This document shows positions 1 to 10,947 of a stretch of 64,000 bases of DNA, one piece after another (position 1 is the first letter of the stretch; every line of letters begins with the position of its first letter). A model generated the notes under the pieces. It searched no databases, was not told where the DNA came from, and saw only the letters and a program-made list of their open reading frames with translations. This DNA comes from Nemertoderma westbladi (taxonomy: Eukaryota; Animalia; Xenacoelomorpha): positions 1 through 64,000 of the forward strand of contig JAUCBJ010008237.1 of the NCBI GenBank assembly GCA_032718475.1, written 5' to 3'. The position numbers and the translations under genes are program-made.

Positions 1-27
1 AAACAGATACTCAAGAGAGTATATAAA

Positions 28-2248
28 TTGAAGGATGAGTGGGACGTAGAGGTACCAGAGGACATTAAGAAACAGTGGAGCAAATGGACAGGAGACTTGG
101 AAAGGATGGGAACATACAACATGCCGCAAGTGTATTTCCCGGACGGGAACATGACGAATCTGGACCTACATATGTTCTCCGACGCGTCGTTAGAGGCATA
201 CGGAGCGGCACTCTATTTAGTACAACGAGAGGGGGCTCACAAGCCCAGACTAGCCTTTAGCAAAGCTAAGTCAATGCCGCCAGATTCAGCATCTGTTCCC
301 AAGTTAGAATTGACAGCTGCGAGACTAGGAGTTAGAGCCACAGCCTACCTAGTGGATACAATTCCCAACATAGTGGAGACACACTGCTGGACGGACTCCA
401 TGGTAGTGCTTGGTTGGCTACACAACGAAAAGACGAGATACCCGATATTCGTCGCGAATAGAGTGGACGAAATAAGGGCGAGCACAGAACTGGAAAGGTG
501 GCACTACTGCCCAACAGACGAGAACCCAGCGGACTTGCTGTCGAGGGGCGTGGAACGCCACACTTTCTTAAAGAAGGAAGTATTGTGGCAACATGGGCCA
601 CAATTTCTGAGCGATAAAGAGGCCTGGCCGCCAATGAGAAAGGTGGAGCCGGGCTCAGAAGCGGTGTCAGAGGGAGAAGAGGGAGACTCGGAGGGAGAAG
701 AGATATACTCCCAGATGGTGAGGGAGATTAGGGACGTGCAACCAAAGCAAGAACTACGCGATAACCCGACGGACAAACTCCTCAGCTACAGTTCTAGTTG
801 GTACAAGACCAAGAAACTAGTGGCGTACTGGAGAGCCTTCGGGAATTTCCTCGCGGGAGTTAATAAGGAGAAGAAAACCAGGGAAACCATAGATCTGGAA
901 GGAGCGGCCAAGGCAATAATCCGCTATGAACAACGGAAGAACTACGGCGACGAGGTGGAACGTGTCGGCAACCAACAGCACCTCCGACGGGACAGCGAGT
1001 TGATTACGCTGTCGCCACAACTCAACGAGGATGGGATTCTAGTAATGAATTCTAGGGTGGGATATAACAACAGCATAGTCGTGCCACCGAAACCCATCAT
1101 CATTCCCACAGGATCGCCTATAGTCCACCAGATCATATGGGACTCCCACAAATCGATACTGCATGGGGGCACCAACCGAACCCTCACAGAGATAAGGAGG
1201 ACCTATTGGGTCAAACAATTAAGGAAGAAGGTTAAAGCGGTAGTGGGGCAGTGCCAGACCTGCCGGCGGGCGAAGAAGGAGCGAGCCACACAGGAGATGG
1301 CGCCACTACCGGCGAGTAGGGTAAGACAGCACGACCCGCCATTTACGCATTGCGGTGTGGACATGTTCGGGCCGATAAAGATCAAGGTGATGCGACACAC
1401 GGAGAAACGCTACGGTATTATCTTCGTATGCAACAATACGCGGGCGGTAGGGATAGAACTCGCCCAAGATGCAACCGCATCAGCATTCATTAACGCCTTA
1501 GAAAGGTTTAGGGACCGCAAAGGTGGGACGATCGCAGTGATATACAGCGACAACGGCACCAACTTTGTGGGCGCAGAGAGTGAGATGGCAGAAGCCTTGG
1601 ACATCTTAGAAGGAGAAGAAGTCAGGGCGGCCATGAGAAGACGACAAGTAAAGTTGGAGAGAAGGACGCCGTATGCACCACATACACTAGGATGCGTCGA
1701 GAGACTGGTGGGCAGTTCAAAGCGTCTAATGACGAAGTTAATGAACACCCACATGGTCACTGAGGACGTTTTACGGACAGTACTTGCGAATATCATTTAA
1801 TAGCAGACCGCTATATCCGGAGAATGATGACCCTGAGTCGTTAGACGTGCTGACGCCTAGCCATTTCCTGATGGAAAGGCCAGCGACCATCGATATGCGG
1901 GGTGTAGACCCAGATGATATACATTCCCGCCAGAGTTGGAAAGTCGCTAAAGCAATAAGCGCAGAGTATTGGAGGAGGTGGGTAGAAGAATACCTACCCA
2001 CGCTCCATAAGCGAAGCAAGTGGAGGAAACCGAATCGGGAGTTAAAAGTAGGAGATCTCGTAATCGTTACGGATGATACTATCATCAACAACCAGTGGCG
2101 GTTGGCGAGAGTTTTAGGCACCTACTCCGACGAGGACGGAAGAGTCCGATCGGTAGAAGTGCGGATAGGTGGAAAGATAGGTGCGAAAGACAGAAAAACC
2201 TACAGGAGAGCGGTAGGTAAATGCTGTCTTCTAGAAGGGACACCTTAA
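28..2248 (+). pseudogene. pol: BEL/Pao pol C-terminal half (RNase H, integrase zinc finger, integrase core, DUF5641-like tail), frameshifted near 1790
   Basis: ORF 28..1800 ends LRTVLANII* and ORF 1784..2248 resumes FNSRPL in another frame; the BEL consensus (L.T.L..IE..LNSRPL) is continuous, implying a small deletion. ORF is open to the window edge. Confidence 0.9.
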
Positions 2249-2357
2249 AATGGAGTTAGAGTGGAGTTTAGTCGTCCAAGTTTTGGACTGAGGGGGGTGG
2301 GATTGAGGGCGAGACGCCCTTCCCACACAAATAAAATAAAAATAAAATAAAAATAAT

Positions 2358-3286
2358 AGTTAGTTAGTTAGTAGGTACGTAGTGCCTAGAGTTAGAGAGT
2401 TAGTAGGTACGTAGTACCTAAAGTTAGTTAGTTAGTAGGTACATAGTGCCTAGAGTTAGAGAGTTAGTAGGTACGTAGTACCTAGAGTTAGTTAGTTAGT
2501 AGGTACGTAGTACCTAGAGTTAGTTAGTTAGTAGGTACATAGTGCCTAGAGTTAGAGAGTTAGTAGGTACGTAGTACCTAGAGTTAGTTAGTTAGTAGGT
2601 ACGTAGTGCCTAGAGTTAGAGAGTTAGTAGGTACGTAGTACCTAGAGTTAGTTAGTTAGTAGGTACGTAGTGCCTAGAGTTAGAGAGTTAGTAGGTACGT
2701 AGTACCTAGAGTTAGTTAGTTAGTAGGTACGTAGTGCCTAGAGTTAGAGAGTTAATAGGTACGTAGTACCTAGAGTTAGTTAGTTAGTAGGTACGTAGTG
2801 CCTAGAGTTAGAGAGTTAGTAGGTACGTAGTGCCTAGAGTTAGAGAGTTAGTAGGTACGTAGTACCTAGAGTTAGTCAGTTAGTAGGTACGTAGTGCCTA
2901 GAGTTAGAGAGTTAGTAGGTACGTAGTGCCTAGAGTTAGAGCTAGAGGGTACGTAGTACCGCTAGTTAGAGTTAGAGTTAGAGGGTACGTAGTACCGCTA
3001 GTTAGAGTTAGAGTTAGAGGGTACGTAGTACCGCCAGTTAGAGTTAGAGCTAGAGGGTACGTAGTACCGCTAGTTAGAGTTAGAGTTAGAGGGTACGTAG
3101 TACCGCTAGTTAGAGTTAGAGTTAGAGGGTACGTAGTACCGCCAGTTAGAGTTAGAGTTAGAGGGTACGTAGTACCGCTAGTTAGAGTTAGAGTTAGAGG
3201 GTACGTAGTACCGCTAGTTAGAGTTAGAGTTAGTAGGTACGTAGTACCGTTAGTTAGAGTTAGAGGGTACGCAGTACCATTAGTTA
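2358..3286 (+). repeat. Tandem array inside element 1: ~18 x 32-bp units then ~10 x 36-bp units, each with a GGTAC-GTA-GTACC hairpin core
   Basis: Units AGTTAG(TT/AG)AGTTAGTAGGTACGTAGT(A/G)CCTAG (2358-~2933), then TTAGAGGGTACGTAGTACCGCTAGTTAGAGTTAGAG (~2934-3286). Confidence 0.95.
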
Positions 3287-3773
3287 GAAGAGAGAGAGTA
3301 AGAGGTAAAAGGGGTAAATAGGATATAGATATTAGTTAGCAGTAAGTAGAGTTAGTAGCGAGAGGGGGGCATATGAGTACAGCTGGGTAAGTCGTGTGGC
3401 CACACGACGTATACTGCTGTACTGCATAGGCCCACAAAGTAGGCCAGAATATGGATTAGAGAATAGAATAATCCATAGGCAGTAATAGGTAGTAGGACAG
3501 TAGAATTAAAATAAATAGAATAGGGCTGAAAGTTAGAAATAGTGGCAACACAAGGGAAGTCGTTCTAGAACATAATAAAAGTAACGGCCAAAATGAGCCT
3601 AATTTACTCATTTACTAGCTTCAAAAATTAATTAGGTTAAATTTAGGCTAAAAGGCGCAATTAAGTAGAAAGTAGGCCATTGTCGAACCGTACGAAACAT
3701 CTTAATACATCACTCATCTGTATTGTGCCTTGGTAAGGCACCACCCTGCAGGTGAGCGAGTGTAGTGTTCGGA

Positions 3774-6308
3774 ATGGCGAGTAAGTTGATCAGGAAGAGG
3801 AAGGCGGAGTCAGGAGGAAAAGAAATACTGGTGGATTTCACCGAAAGACACCCGGAGGAGAAGACGAGAGGATACTACGAGAAGTTGGAAAGGGGTCACG
3901 CGGCACGAGCGCTGCAGGACCACTTCCGGGAGATGCACGAGCAGCGGCTGGTCGGGACCTACGGAACGCCGTCGCTGGACAACGCGATCTTCCAACACTT
4001 CCACTACGTGGTGAAAGGGGACGAGGCGAAGTTCGGGATTCCGAAGTATCCGAGGGAATCACCGAGGAAAGACTGGAAAAGATTCATAGAGTCCGTCAAC
4101 AGGGGAGGATATATGATCCTAGATGACGAGGGAACCGTGGAAGACGAAGCGGGTTCAAGACGAGGAACGGCAGGGTCGGCCAGGACCATACTCCTACATT
4201 TGGCCACGCCAAATGGGGACATCTTCTTATTCGACCTAGGGACGTATGGGAAGAAGGACGGGCCGAAATTAGACCGATTACCGAAAGCGGTACAAGTCTT
4301 AGTAAGGGAGAAGTCGACGACGAAGGTGGGATCGGCGATTCGCGAGGACGCGGAGAGGATCATCGGTCCGGACGCCACCAACCTCCTGGATATGCAGAAA
4401 GTCTTTATGGCTATGACGGCACCGGATGGATTGGGGGTAGTCGAAAACACAGGCCAATGCGGGGCTGTGGCGATGGGCCAATTATTGGGGCTCGTATGCC
4501 ACAAACCGATGGACTGGGGAAAGTTTAGAGAAGAATACGGGGCAGAACTAGCGAACTCGCTGAAGTGGGGAGCGAGACCGGGAAAGCAGGAGGTATATCA
4601 GTTCCGCAGGGGAGCGATAAAGGTATATCAGAAGCGATATATCCTGCAGGAGGACTGGATGATGATAAGTTTGCTTAACTTATTCATGACCGTGGTTATC
4701 GAGAGGGAACCAGGGGCATTTCTGTTATCGGGATCACCCCTAAGCTACAGGAGAGCCTTTAAAGTGGCCTTTGACGGTCTGGTAGACCACCCGGGGCTGA
4801 AGGGCGAGTCGGTGTACTACAACAGCCGACATCTGGTAGACGGGGAGACAGATACACCGTATCAGAGATGGGAGCAGCTAGAGGCGGACAGACGAGAAGC
4901 AAAGCGACTGGAAGAAGTCGCTAGACGGGAGAGGATAGAAGCAGAGGAGAGGGAAGAGGAGGCCAGGGCACAGAGTTACGGCTTCGAGGAACAGGCGGGC
5001 CTAGACGAACTTCATTGGACTTCGTCAGGGAGTTCGGGGGAGTCTCTAGGGCGAGAATTGGGATGGACGGTGGGATCGCCGAAACAGTCGACGTCGGGGT
5101 TGCGAACGATGCCCATACCAGCGGGCGCCGAGGGCGACCAACCGCCAAGGAAGCTAAGGGAGCTAGAGGGATGGAGAGCTACGGGCGAGAGCCAAGGCGG
5201 GAAGGGACATAGTGGATCCATCGGGATACCGGGGTTGGAAACACTACCAGAAGAGGAAGACGACGGTGACGAGTTCGGAGAGATGCCGCCCATCGAAAGG
5301 ATAGGCCACTCGGACACGGACTGGGTTGGCGGAAGGGTGGTGACGGCCAGTGGGGCGAGGGCCTTCTGGAACAGATCCGGCAAGCGGACCTGGGTGCACG
5401 AGGAGCCGGCGATGGATTTCGCGGGGAGCACCATCAGGTTGGGCGAGCAACCGGGGACGGCACCACGGATAGTATTCGGGGAGACGATGCCCGAGAGGGG
5501 CGGAGAGATCGACGTAAACAGGGAGACCAACGTAGAGAAGTTCGCCTACCAGCGACTCCACAGACCGCGGAGATCGCTCGGGACTAAAGACGAGGTGGGA
5601 CGGGAGACATTGGTACTCGGCTGCGACTACTGTGGGAGACAGACCCATCAGGAAAGCAGTTGCCTATACCGGTTCCAACGGGGAACCTTTTGTCTCTACT
5701 GTAGAGAACCAAGCCACAGGATGGGGGCGTGTCCACAGTTGCATAACCGATGTCCAAAGTGCCATTTTTGGGGACACTACGGGCGCGAGTGCGACTGGAT
5801 GAGCGACGAGGAGAAGTTCACGAGATTCGAGGAGTGGGCGGACGTCGGGGCCATGACGCGCCAGCGCATGAAGGCCCAAGAATTCAAGTGGGGTTTCTTC
5901 CTCATAAACCAGGAGACCCACATGGAAATCATAAAGCGAAGGTTACCGTTTACCTATCAAGAGGTAGCAACGGCGGCGTCGTTCGCCGGAGTTATGAACA
6001 CGCAACGGTACCTGGACAGGTGGACACCAGAGAACCGGAGGGAGTTTAGGGATTTCTTGGCGGAACACGTACCAAAGGCAATGAAAATGATCCTATGGGA
6101 CGCCACTCGAGGGAGACAACCGGGCCATTCTGAGGGGCCACCGGCGAAGCGATATCGGGCACTAATAACACCAGCGCCCAAGGGGCCAACGACCGGGATT
6201 AGCAAGGAAGTGGCGGCGAAGGTCCGAAAGCAGAAAGCGGATGATGCCAGAGGAACGGTGATAACCAAGAAACGGGCCAGGGAAGAGGACGTCAGGAGGA
6301 ACAGATAG
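3774..6308 (+). CDS. Retrotransposon accessory protein: DEDDy-type 3'-5' exonuclease domain + coiled-coil/low-complexity linker + 3 CCHC zinc knuckles (844 aa from first ATG)
   Basis: Uninterrupted ORF. ExoI-like MILDDEG, LLHLAT..IFLFDL, LPKAVQVLV, ExoII-like KVGSAIREDAERI, LLDMQ, ExoIII-like YQKRYILQED; knuckles CDYCGRQTHQESSC, CLYCREPSHRMGAC, CPKCHFWGHYGREC (5622-5792); basic NLS-like ends. ORF certain, exonuclease call by motif recognition. Confidence 0.8.
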   Translation: MASKLIRKRKAESGGKEILVDFTERHPEEKTRGYYEKLERGHAARALQDHFREMHEQRLVGTYGTPSLDNAIFQHFHYVVKGDEAKFGIPKYPRESPRKDWKRFIESVNRGGYMILDDEGTVEDEAGSRRGTAGSARTILLHLATPNGDIFLFDLGTYGKKDGPKLDRLPKAVQVLVREKSTTKVGSAIREDAERIIGPDATNLLDMQKVFMAMTAPDGLGVVENTGQCGAVAMGQLLGLVCHKPMDWGKFREEYGAELANSLKWGARPGKQEVYQFRRGAIKVYQKRYILQEDWMMISLLNLFMTVVIEREPGAFLLSGSPLSYRRAFKVAFDGLVDHPGLKGESVYYNSRHLVDGETDTPYQRWEQLEADRREAKRLEEVARRERIEAEEREEEARAQSYGFEEQAGLDELHWTSSGSSGESLGRELGWTVGSPKQSTSGLRTMPIPAGAEGDQPPRKLRELEGWRATGESQGGKGHSGSIGIPGLETLPEEEDDGDEFGEMPPIERIGHSDTDWVGGRVVTASGARAFWNRSGKRTWVHEEPAMDFAGSTIRLGEQPGTAPRIVFGETMPERGGEIDVNRETNVEKFAYQRLHRPRRSLGTKDEVGRETLVLGCDYCGRQTHQESSCLYRFQRGTFCLYCREPSHRMGACPQLHNRCPKCHFWGHYGRECDWMSDEEKFTRFEEWADVGAMTRQRMKAQEFKWGFFLINQETHMEIIKRRLPFTYQEVATAASFAGVMNTQRYLDRWTPENRREFRDFLAEHVPKAMKMILWDATRGRQPGHSEGPPAKRYRALITPAPKGPTTGISKEVAAKVRKQKADDARGTVITKKRAREEDVRRNR

Positions 6309-7010
6309 GTTCTCAGAGTCGAGGGAGTGGGACTGAGACGTGGTGTGCCTGGAAGGCGCCGCGTGGAACGTACGAACTATTAAGTGTAAATTTAATTAAT
6401 GCAAATAATCATATAAGTGCAATTTGTATGTACGTACGTAGTAATTAGTAATCTAAAATACATATGTTTGGAGTAAGTACTATAGTCATACAACCTTTCT
6501 CAACTAGCTACTGGGACTGGGGGATAACTGACTATGGCACTATGGACGAGACAACTGACAATTTCACGCTTCTTGAGTGCGACGGCACGAGAGGGGGGGG
6601 AGGTTCGTCAGGAGAGATAAAATAGTCGAAGTGGAGTTGAGGATCGGAGTAAGAGTGCGAAGTGCGGAGAGAGTGCGAACGCAATTCTAGTGTGGGGGGG
6701 GAGAATAAGAGGCTGAGTGAGGGACGAGGAGGTCCGGGGGTATGAGAGAGTTAGGGTGAGAGTAGAGGGGAGATAGGGCGAAAGTGTTGGGGAAACAAAA
6801 GTCGCGTGAAGAGGTGAGCGCGATCGGCCCGACATGAGACGCCAGGCACACAGGGTAGCGTTATCATACCCATAGGGGGCGGCCTGGAAAGCCGGCTCCA
6901 AGAGAAAAGAATTCCACCCCACACCCGATACTAGATCGGGACCCAGCGGGATTGTAGCGCACTTTTTGGTTGATGCTATCTTCTTACCAGGAAGATAGCA
7001 TGGGGGGGAG

Positions 7011-7553
7011 TGTTAGCTTATTCAATCCCGCTAACACCCCATAAAGTTATAAGCCGATAAGCAATATTGGGAGCCACGAGATTGGGCAATTAACCAACTC
7101 GTGCCATCCCAATAAGAGTGGGAAGGAAGCACACAATAGAGGGTCAGGGGCCAAACCCCTAACCCAGAGAGAACAGGTGGAGTGAACGGGAACACTCCAC
7201 GGGGCGCCAACAAGGGTAACAACCAATCAGAGGGGGGCAAGGCATCGATTGAGTAGCAATAAGGCCACCGTGCAATATAACCAATAACCTATTAATCAGT
7301 GATTCAGTTATCTCAGTGCAGCAGTGCTAGCGTAGGTTGGTATTGTACTTTAGTTTAGTTAGGGGATCACGGGACTTTAGTTACCGTATCCCGCCTTGTA
7401 CACATTATATCTATATCTATATCCTATGCCCTATTATTATTATACACCGAACTTCAGAACTCAGTTACTTTATTTCACCCTTATACACGGCGGGGACGCG
7501 TGGACTAAATTACCACACCGGATAAATCGGGATCCCTCCTGGATCCCGTCACA
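7011..7553 (+). repeat. Putative 3' LTR of element 1
   Basis: Starts TGTTAG directly after PPT GGGGGGGAG; CCAAT and TATAA-like motifs inside; candidate end ...CCGTCACA at 7553 after which composition becomes host-like. End coordinate uncertain. Confidence 0.6.
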
Positions 7554-8409
7554 AACTGTGCGAGTAACTGTTGATACATCTATGTGGAGATGTGTGATAT
7601 GTGGAGATGTGTAATACAACGCCAACGCATCTTATGCCGATGTAGTAATATGGGTATTGAAATAATATTAAATCAATGTACACTCTTAAAGCTGCAGCGA
7701 AAATATGTAGCTAATTTGCTAGGTTACATATAAAATAATAATATTGTTTTTAAGAACATTAATTTTACTACTTTGCAAAAATTCAATTAAAAAATAACCA
7801 GACATATACATTGTGGAATAAACTATTTCAGAAGCCTACACAACAGCCATGCCATGGATTGTATTTATGTTATTATATCTGTCATTTACCTGAGATAGCA
7901 ATACAACACTTATAGTAGAGTCAATACAGGAAGGATGTTGGGATGTTGGATTTCAAGAATGATGTCTGGGCTGGAATAGCAATACTGGTTGCCTATTACA
8001 GTACAATTCCTCTCTGGTTAGTCTACAGCCACAACTCCAAGCCAGCTAGCTCCACACCAGCAGAGACTTGACCAATAATCATTCCCAGCAAATAGCTGCC
8101 TTACACACACATCCTTCCATCGTACCAGCATGTTAGCCAATAAATGAGCAGTATTTAATGAGAATCAATTTTTTATGACGTTTTAATTACTTTAGATCAA
8201 TTAAAGACACAATTAATAAAGCAAATCACTTGAACTAATTAAAAACTATAATAGAATGGCGTATGTGGATTACATCTGTATAATTTTTAAGTATAATTAT
8301 TTAAATCTTATACTGTAAAACAATTAATTTCCTTTAAAAGGCAGGTTGAAAATGGTGTTTTTACCGTAATCAACTTAATTAACTAATTAACTGCTATTAT
8401 CTTAGCTTC

Positions 8410-8635
8410 TCGAAGGCCACACGGAAATTCTACTTGGAAAATTTCTAAACTTTTGCCAAACAACATGTGTACCAAGTTTGGATAGATTTCATCAAAGATT
8501 GGCTGAGTTATTAACGTTTAAAATTGGACGCGACAGAACGACAGAACGACAGAACGACAGAACGACAGAACGACAGGTTGATTAATGGTACCACTACGCT
8601 AAGGCTCACTCACTTCGTGGCTCGCCCCACAATTC
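8410..8635 (+). mobile_element. Non-autonomous interspersed repeat with (ACAGAACG)n microsatellite, Helentron/HINE (DINE-1)-like architecture
   Basis: Core ACCAAGTTTGG...AACGTTTAAAATTGGAC + 8-bp microsatellite (8531-8576) + 3' GC-rich stem; second copy in opposite orientation at 55955-56170. Confidence 0.6.
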
Positions 8636-8926
8636 CGCGTTCTGATTCGTGAATTCACATTTCCTGTAATTACAGTAGTCCATTCCTGTAGTTGTAACTG
8701 AAATCTTACACATCTATGTATAGATTCTCTAGATGGTAGCCATTATTTTGTGACACACATTTTTACAATATTATAATAATTTTGAGATAAATGGATAATA
8801 ATTTCATTATTATTCCTTCAGATTATAATATTAAAGTTATTAATCACATGTTTAGAACCCCGACACGTGTCACGTGGACATAAAGAAACAAAATTACGGC
8901 ACTACACAGTATTAGTATTCAACATT

Positions 8927-10092
8927 TGTAAAAGCTTTTGCGTAATTAGCCGGTTATTTTCCCCGTAAAGTACTCTGTAGTTGGTTTACTGGGCATAAAA
9001 AGGCCGTGTCCTTACTGTACTGGTGTTTTAGAGGACATAAAAGCCATTTCTTCTGTATTTGTACTTTAGAGGACATAATCCGCAATTTCGGGACGCAATA
9101 AGCTCGATACTCTTGAAAACAGTGTCGCTACCATGACGACGGCTAACAGCTGATATTGCCACGTCGACATTTCTTTGTTTCTTTGTTCTCTCGTTGTTCG
9201 GTCGACCAATCAGAGCGTTTTTTGTCTCTGTGTTGGAGGTGGATACAGAAACTCAGGAATTCAGTGTTATGTTTTTGCCCAGAGCCTAAGAACACCGGCT
9301 TTTGGCACCTCCGTGTTTCAGTCTTTAGTCTTACATTAGTAGGCTTAATTATAGAACGTATATCTGTTATCAAACGAGTTACCTTATCAATGCAATGCTT
9401 ACTAAACATATCATGCATATCTTACTTAACATTACTGCTTTTGCTGTCGGTTATTCATTATATTTGTTGATGGAAGATTATATTTGGAATACTGATCAAT
9501 AGTCAGACACCCAACCTTCTTGATATACTAAAGGTTAGAGAGACCGGTTACAGATAAACGATTGCGACCTATGTTAAGTGGTTTGAAGTGAATCTCATGC
9601 TATTTTATAGGCCCTACATGTATTGTCTGTTATTCTCTTTGTATGTGACTAAAATTAGTGAAGGTCAGCAGATTGGTGTGCAGCATTGTGCAGCATTGTG
9701 TATGATTGTGACTGATAACAAAGCATCTCCTAAAGAATGCGCCATATACGTGAATCTATAGCCTTTTCGTTGTGTCTAGTTTAAGTCATAACTCTGTTTA
9801 CATATTTAGAGCGCCACGTCCTAAAGGAACTGTTAATATTTCCCGAAATTGAATAATATTTGTCAGAGATTATATATTACGATCAGTCGAATAATACAGT
9901 AGGCTTACACCATCAATCATTAAGCTCCGAACTCAGTCTCCCGGGTATATCCAACGGGTGAATGATTGCGCATAGACTGGCTTCGGCTAATGTAGTGTAT
10001 CAAATACTCGTCATAGGCTAAAGACTATATATCATCCAAAAGACATCCTAATTTGGCAGGTTAAACTGTCAAAGGTCTTAAAAGCGCAAACA
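8927..10092 (+). repeat. 5' LTR of element 2 (1166 bp)
   Basis: Direct repeat of 19968-21123; differs by a 10-bp tandem duplication CAGCATTGTG at 9681-9700. Confidence 0.97.
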
Positions 10093-10372
10093 ATAACAGA
10101 TATTGCTTCTGGATTGCGGTGTAAGCAATCTAGTCGAAAGTACCAGTCGACCGGAAACCTGTAGGCCTGACTGCCTGATCACCCGAACCGGTACTTACAG
10201 TACAGGTACAGCAGTATTATTCGATTTTGATAATTATATACCGGTAGGCCTTAATAATTAATCAGGGACTGCAGCCCTGGTTTTTTATTGAGATTTTACT
10301 TGTTTCTGTCAAGTTTTATTTATTTGTAGGCCAGTATTGAGCAGAAGGCGTGTAAGCCTGCTCAGATTGTAC

Positions 10373-10947
10373 AGATAATTTGTAGGCTTGACTGTTGGCT
10401 AACTGTTGATTAGGTCTGAACGGATTGCAGTGCATGTACAGATGTAGAGTGTATGTCCGATAAAGAATGGTTAGGAAGTAGGGGCAGCCATAGCTGTAAG
10501 GTAAACCCCCATCTAAAGAATAAGTCGTACTACTGGGTTAGAACGCATACTACTTAACCATTTTGGAGTCTGCATGTCCTGTGGTTTATTTAGGCCTGAT
10601 AGGAGTCCGCCAGCGTTTGGTCTGTACTTTGTTTGTGTAGTCTGTACGGGTAGCGTATAATTTTATTTAGATAATTTGTAGGCTGGATAGTTGTCTGACT
10701 GTTGTTGGGTTTGAGGAAATTTCGGTGTGTGTAGAGCATCTGTCCGATAAAGTGCTAAGTTAGGAAAGTAGGGGCTTCAAGTGCTGTGAGGTAAACCCCC
10801 TGTGAAAGAATAAGTCGTACTACTGGGTTAGAACGCATACTAACTAATCATTTTGGAGTCTGCATATACCGTAGTTTGTTTAGGCTTGATAGTAGTCTGT
10901 CAGTATTTGGTCTGCATTTTGTTTGAGTAGTTTGTACGCGTAGCGTA
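10373..10947 (+). repeat. Diverged ~290-bp tandem duplication in the 5' UTR of element 2
   Basis: AGATAATTTGTAGGCT...TAGCGTA at 10373-10657 and 10669-10947, sharing identical block AAAGAATAAGTCGTACTACTGGGTTAGAACGCATACTA. Confidence 0.9.

Larger units (their letters stand above)
1..7553 (+). mobile_element. BEL/Pao LTR retrotransposon (element 1), 3' portion; 5' end lies outside the window
   Basis: Pol motifs in BEL order (LHMFSDAS RNase H, WTDS, WHYCPTDENPADLLSRG, H-H-C-C zinc finger, GVDMFGP...SDNG...E integrase core, NSRPL, EYLPTL..RSKW tail); uniform purine-rich + strand through 7 kb; G-run PPT at 7002-7010 followed by TGT. 3' end is inferred, not confirmed by a second LTR. Confidence 0.88.

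Noticed and set aside
2358-3286. CRISPR-like array (32-36 bp palindromic repeats next to a nuclease gene)
   Set aside because: No unique spacers, units are head-to-tail, no cas genes, eukaryotic retrotransposon context.
2934-3286. Telomeric repeat
   Set aside because: GTTAGA hexamers only resemble TTAGGG/TTAGG and are interrupted every 36 bp.
2926-3321. 131-aa ORF (VRVRGYVVPL)n
   Set aside because: By-product of the 36-bp tandem repeat, non-ATG start.
3774-6308. env gene
   Set aside because: No signal peptide, transmembrane anchor or glycoprotein character.
9143-9470. Duplicated 91/104-aa ORFs (also 20184-20511)
   Set aside because: Chance ORFs within the two LTRs; identity reflects the LTR duplication.
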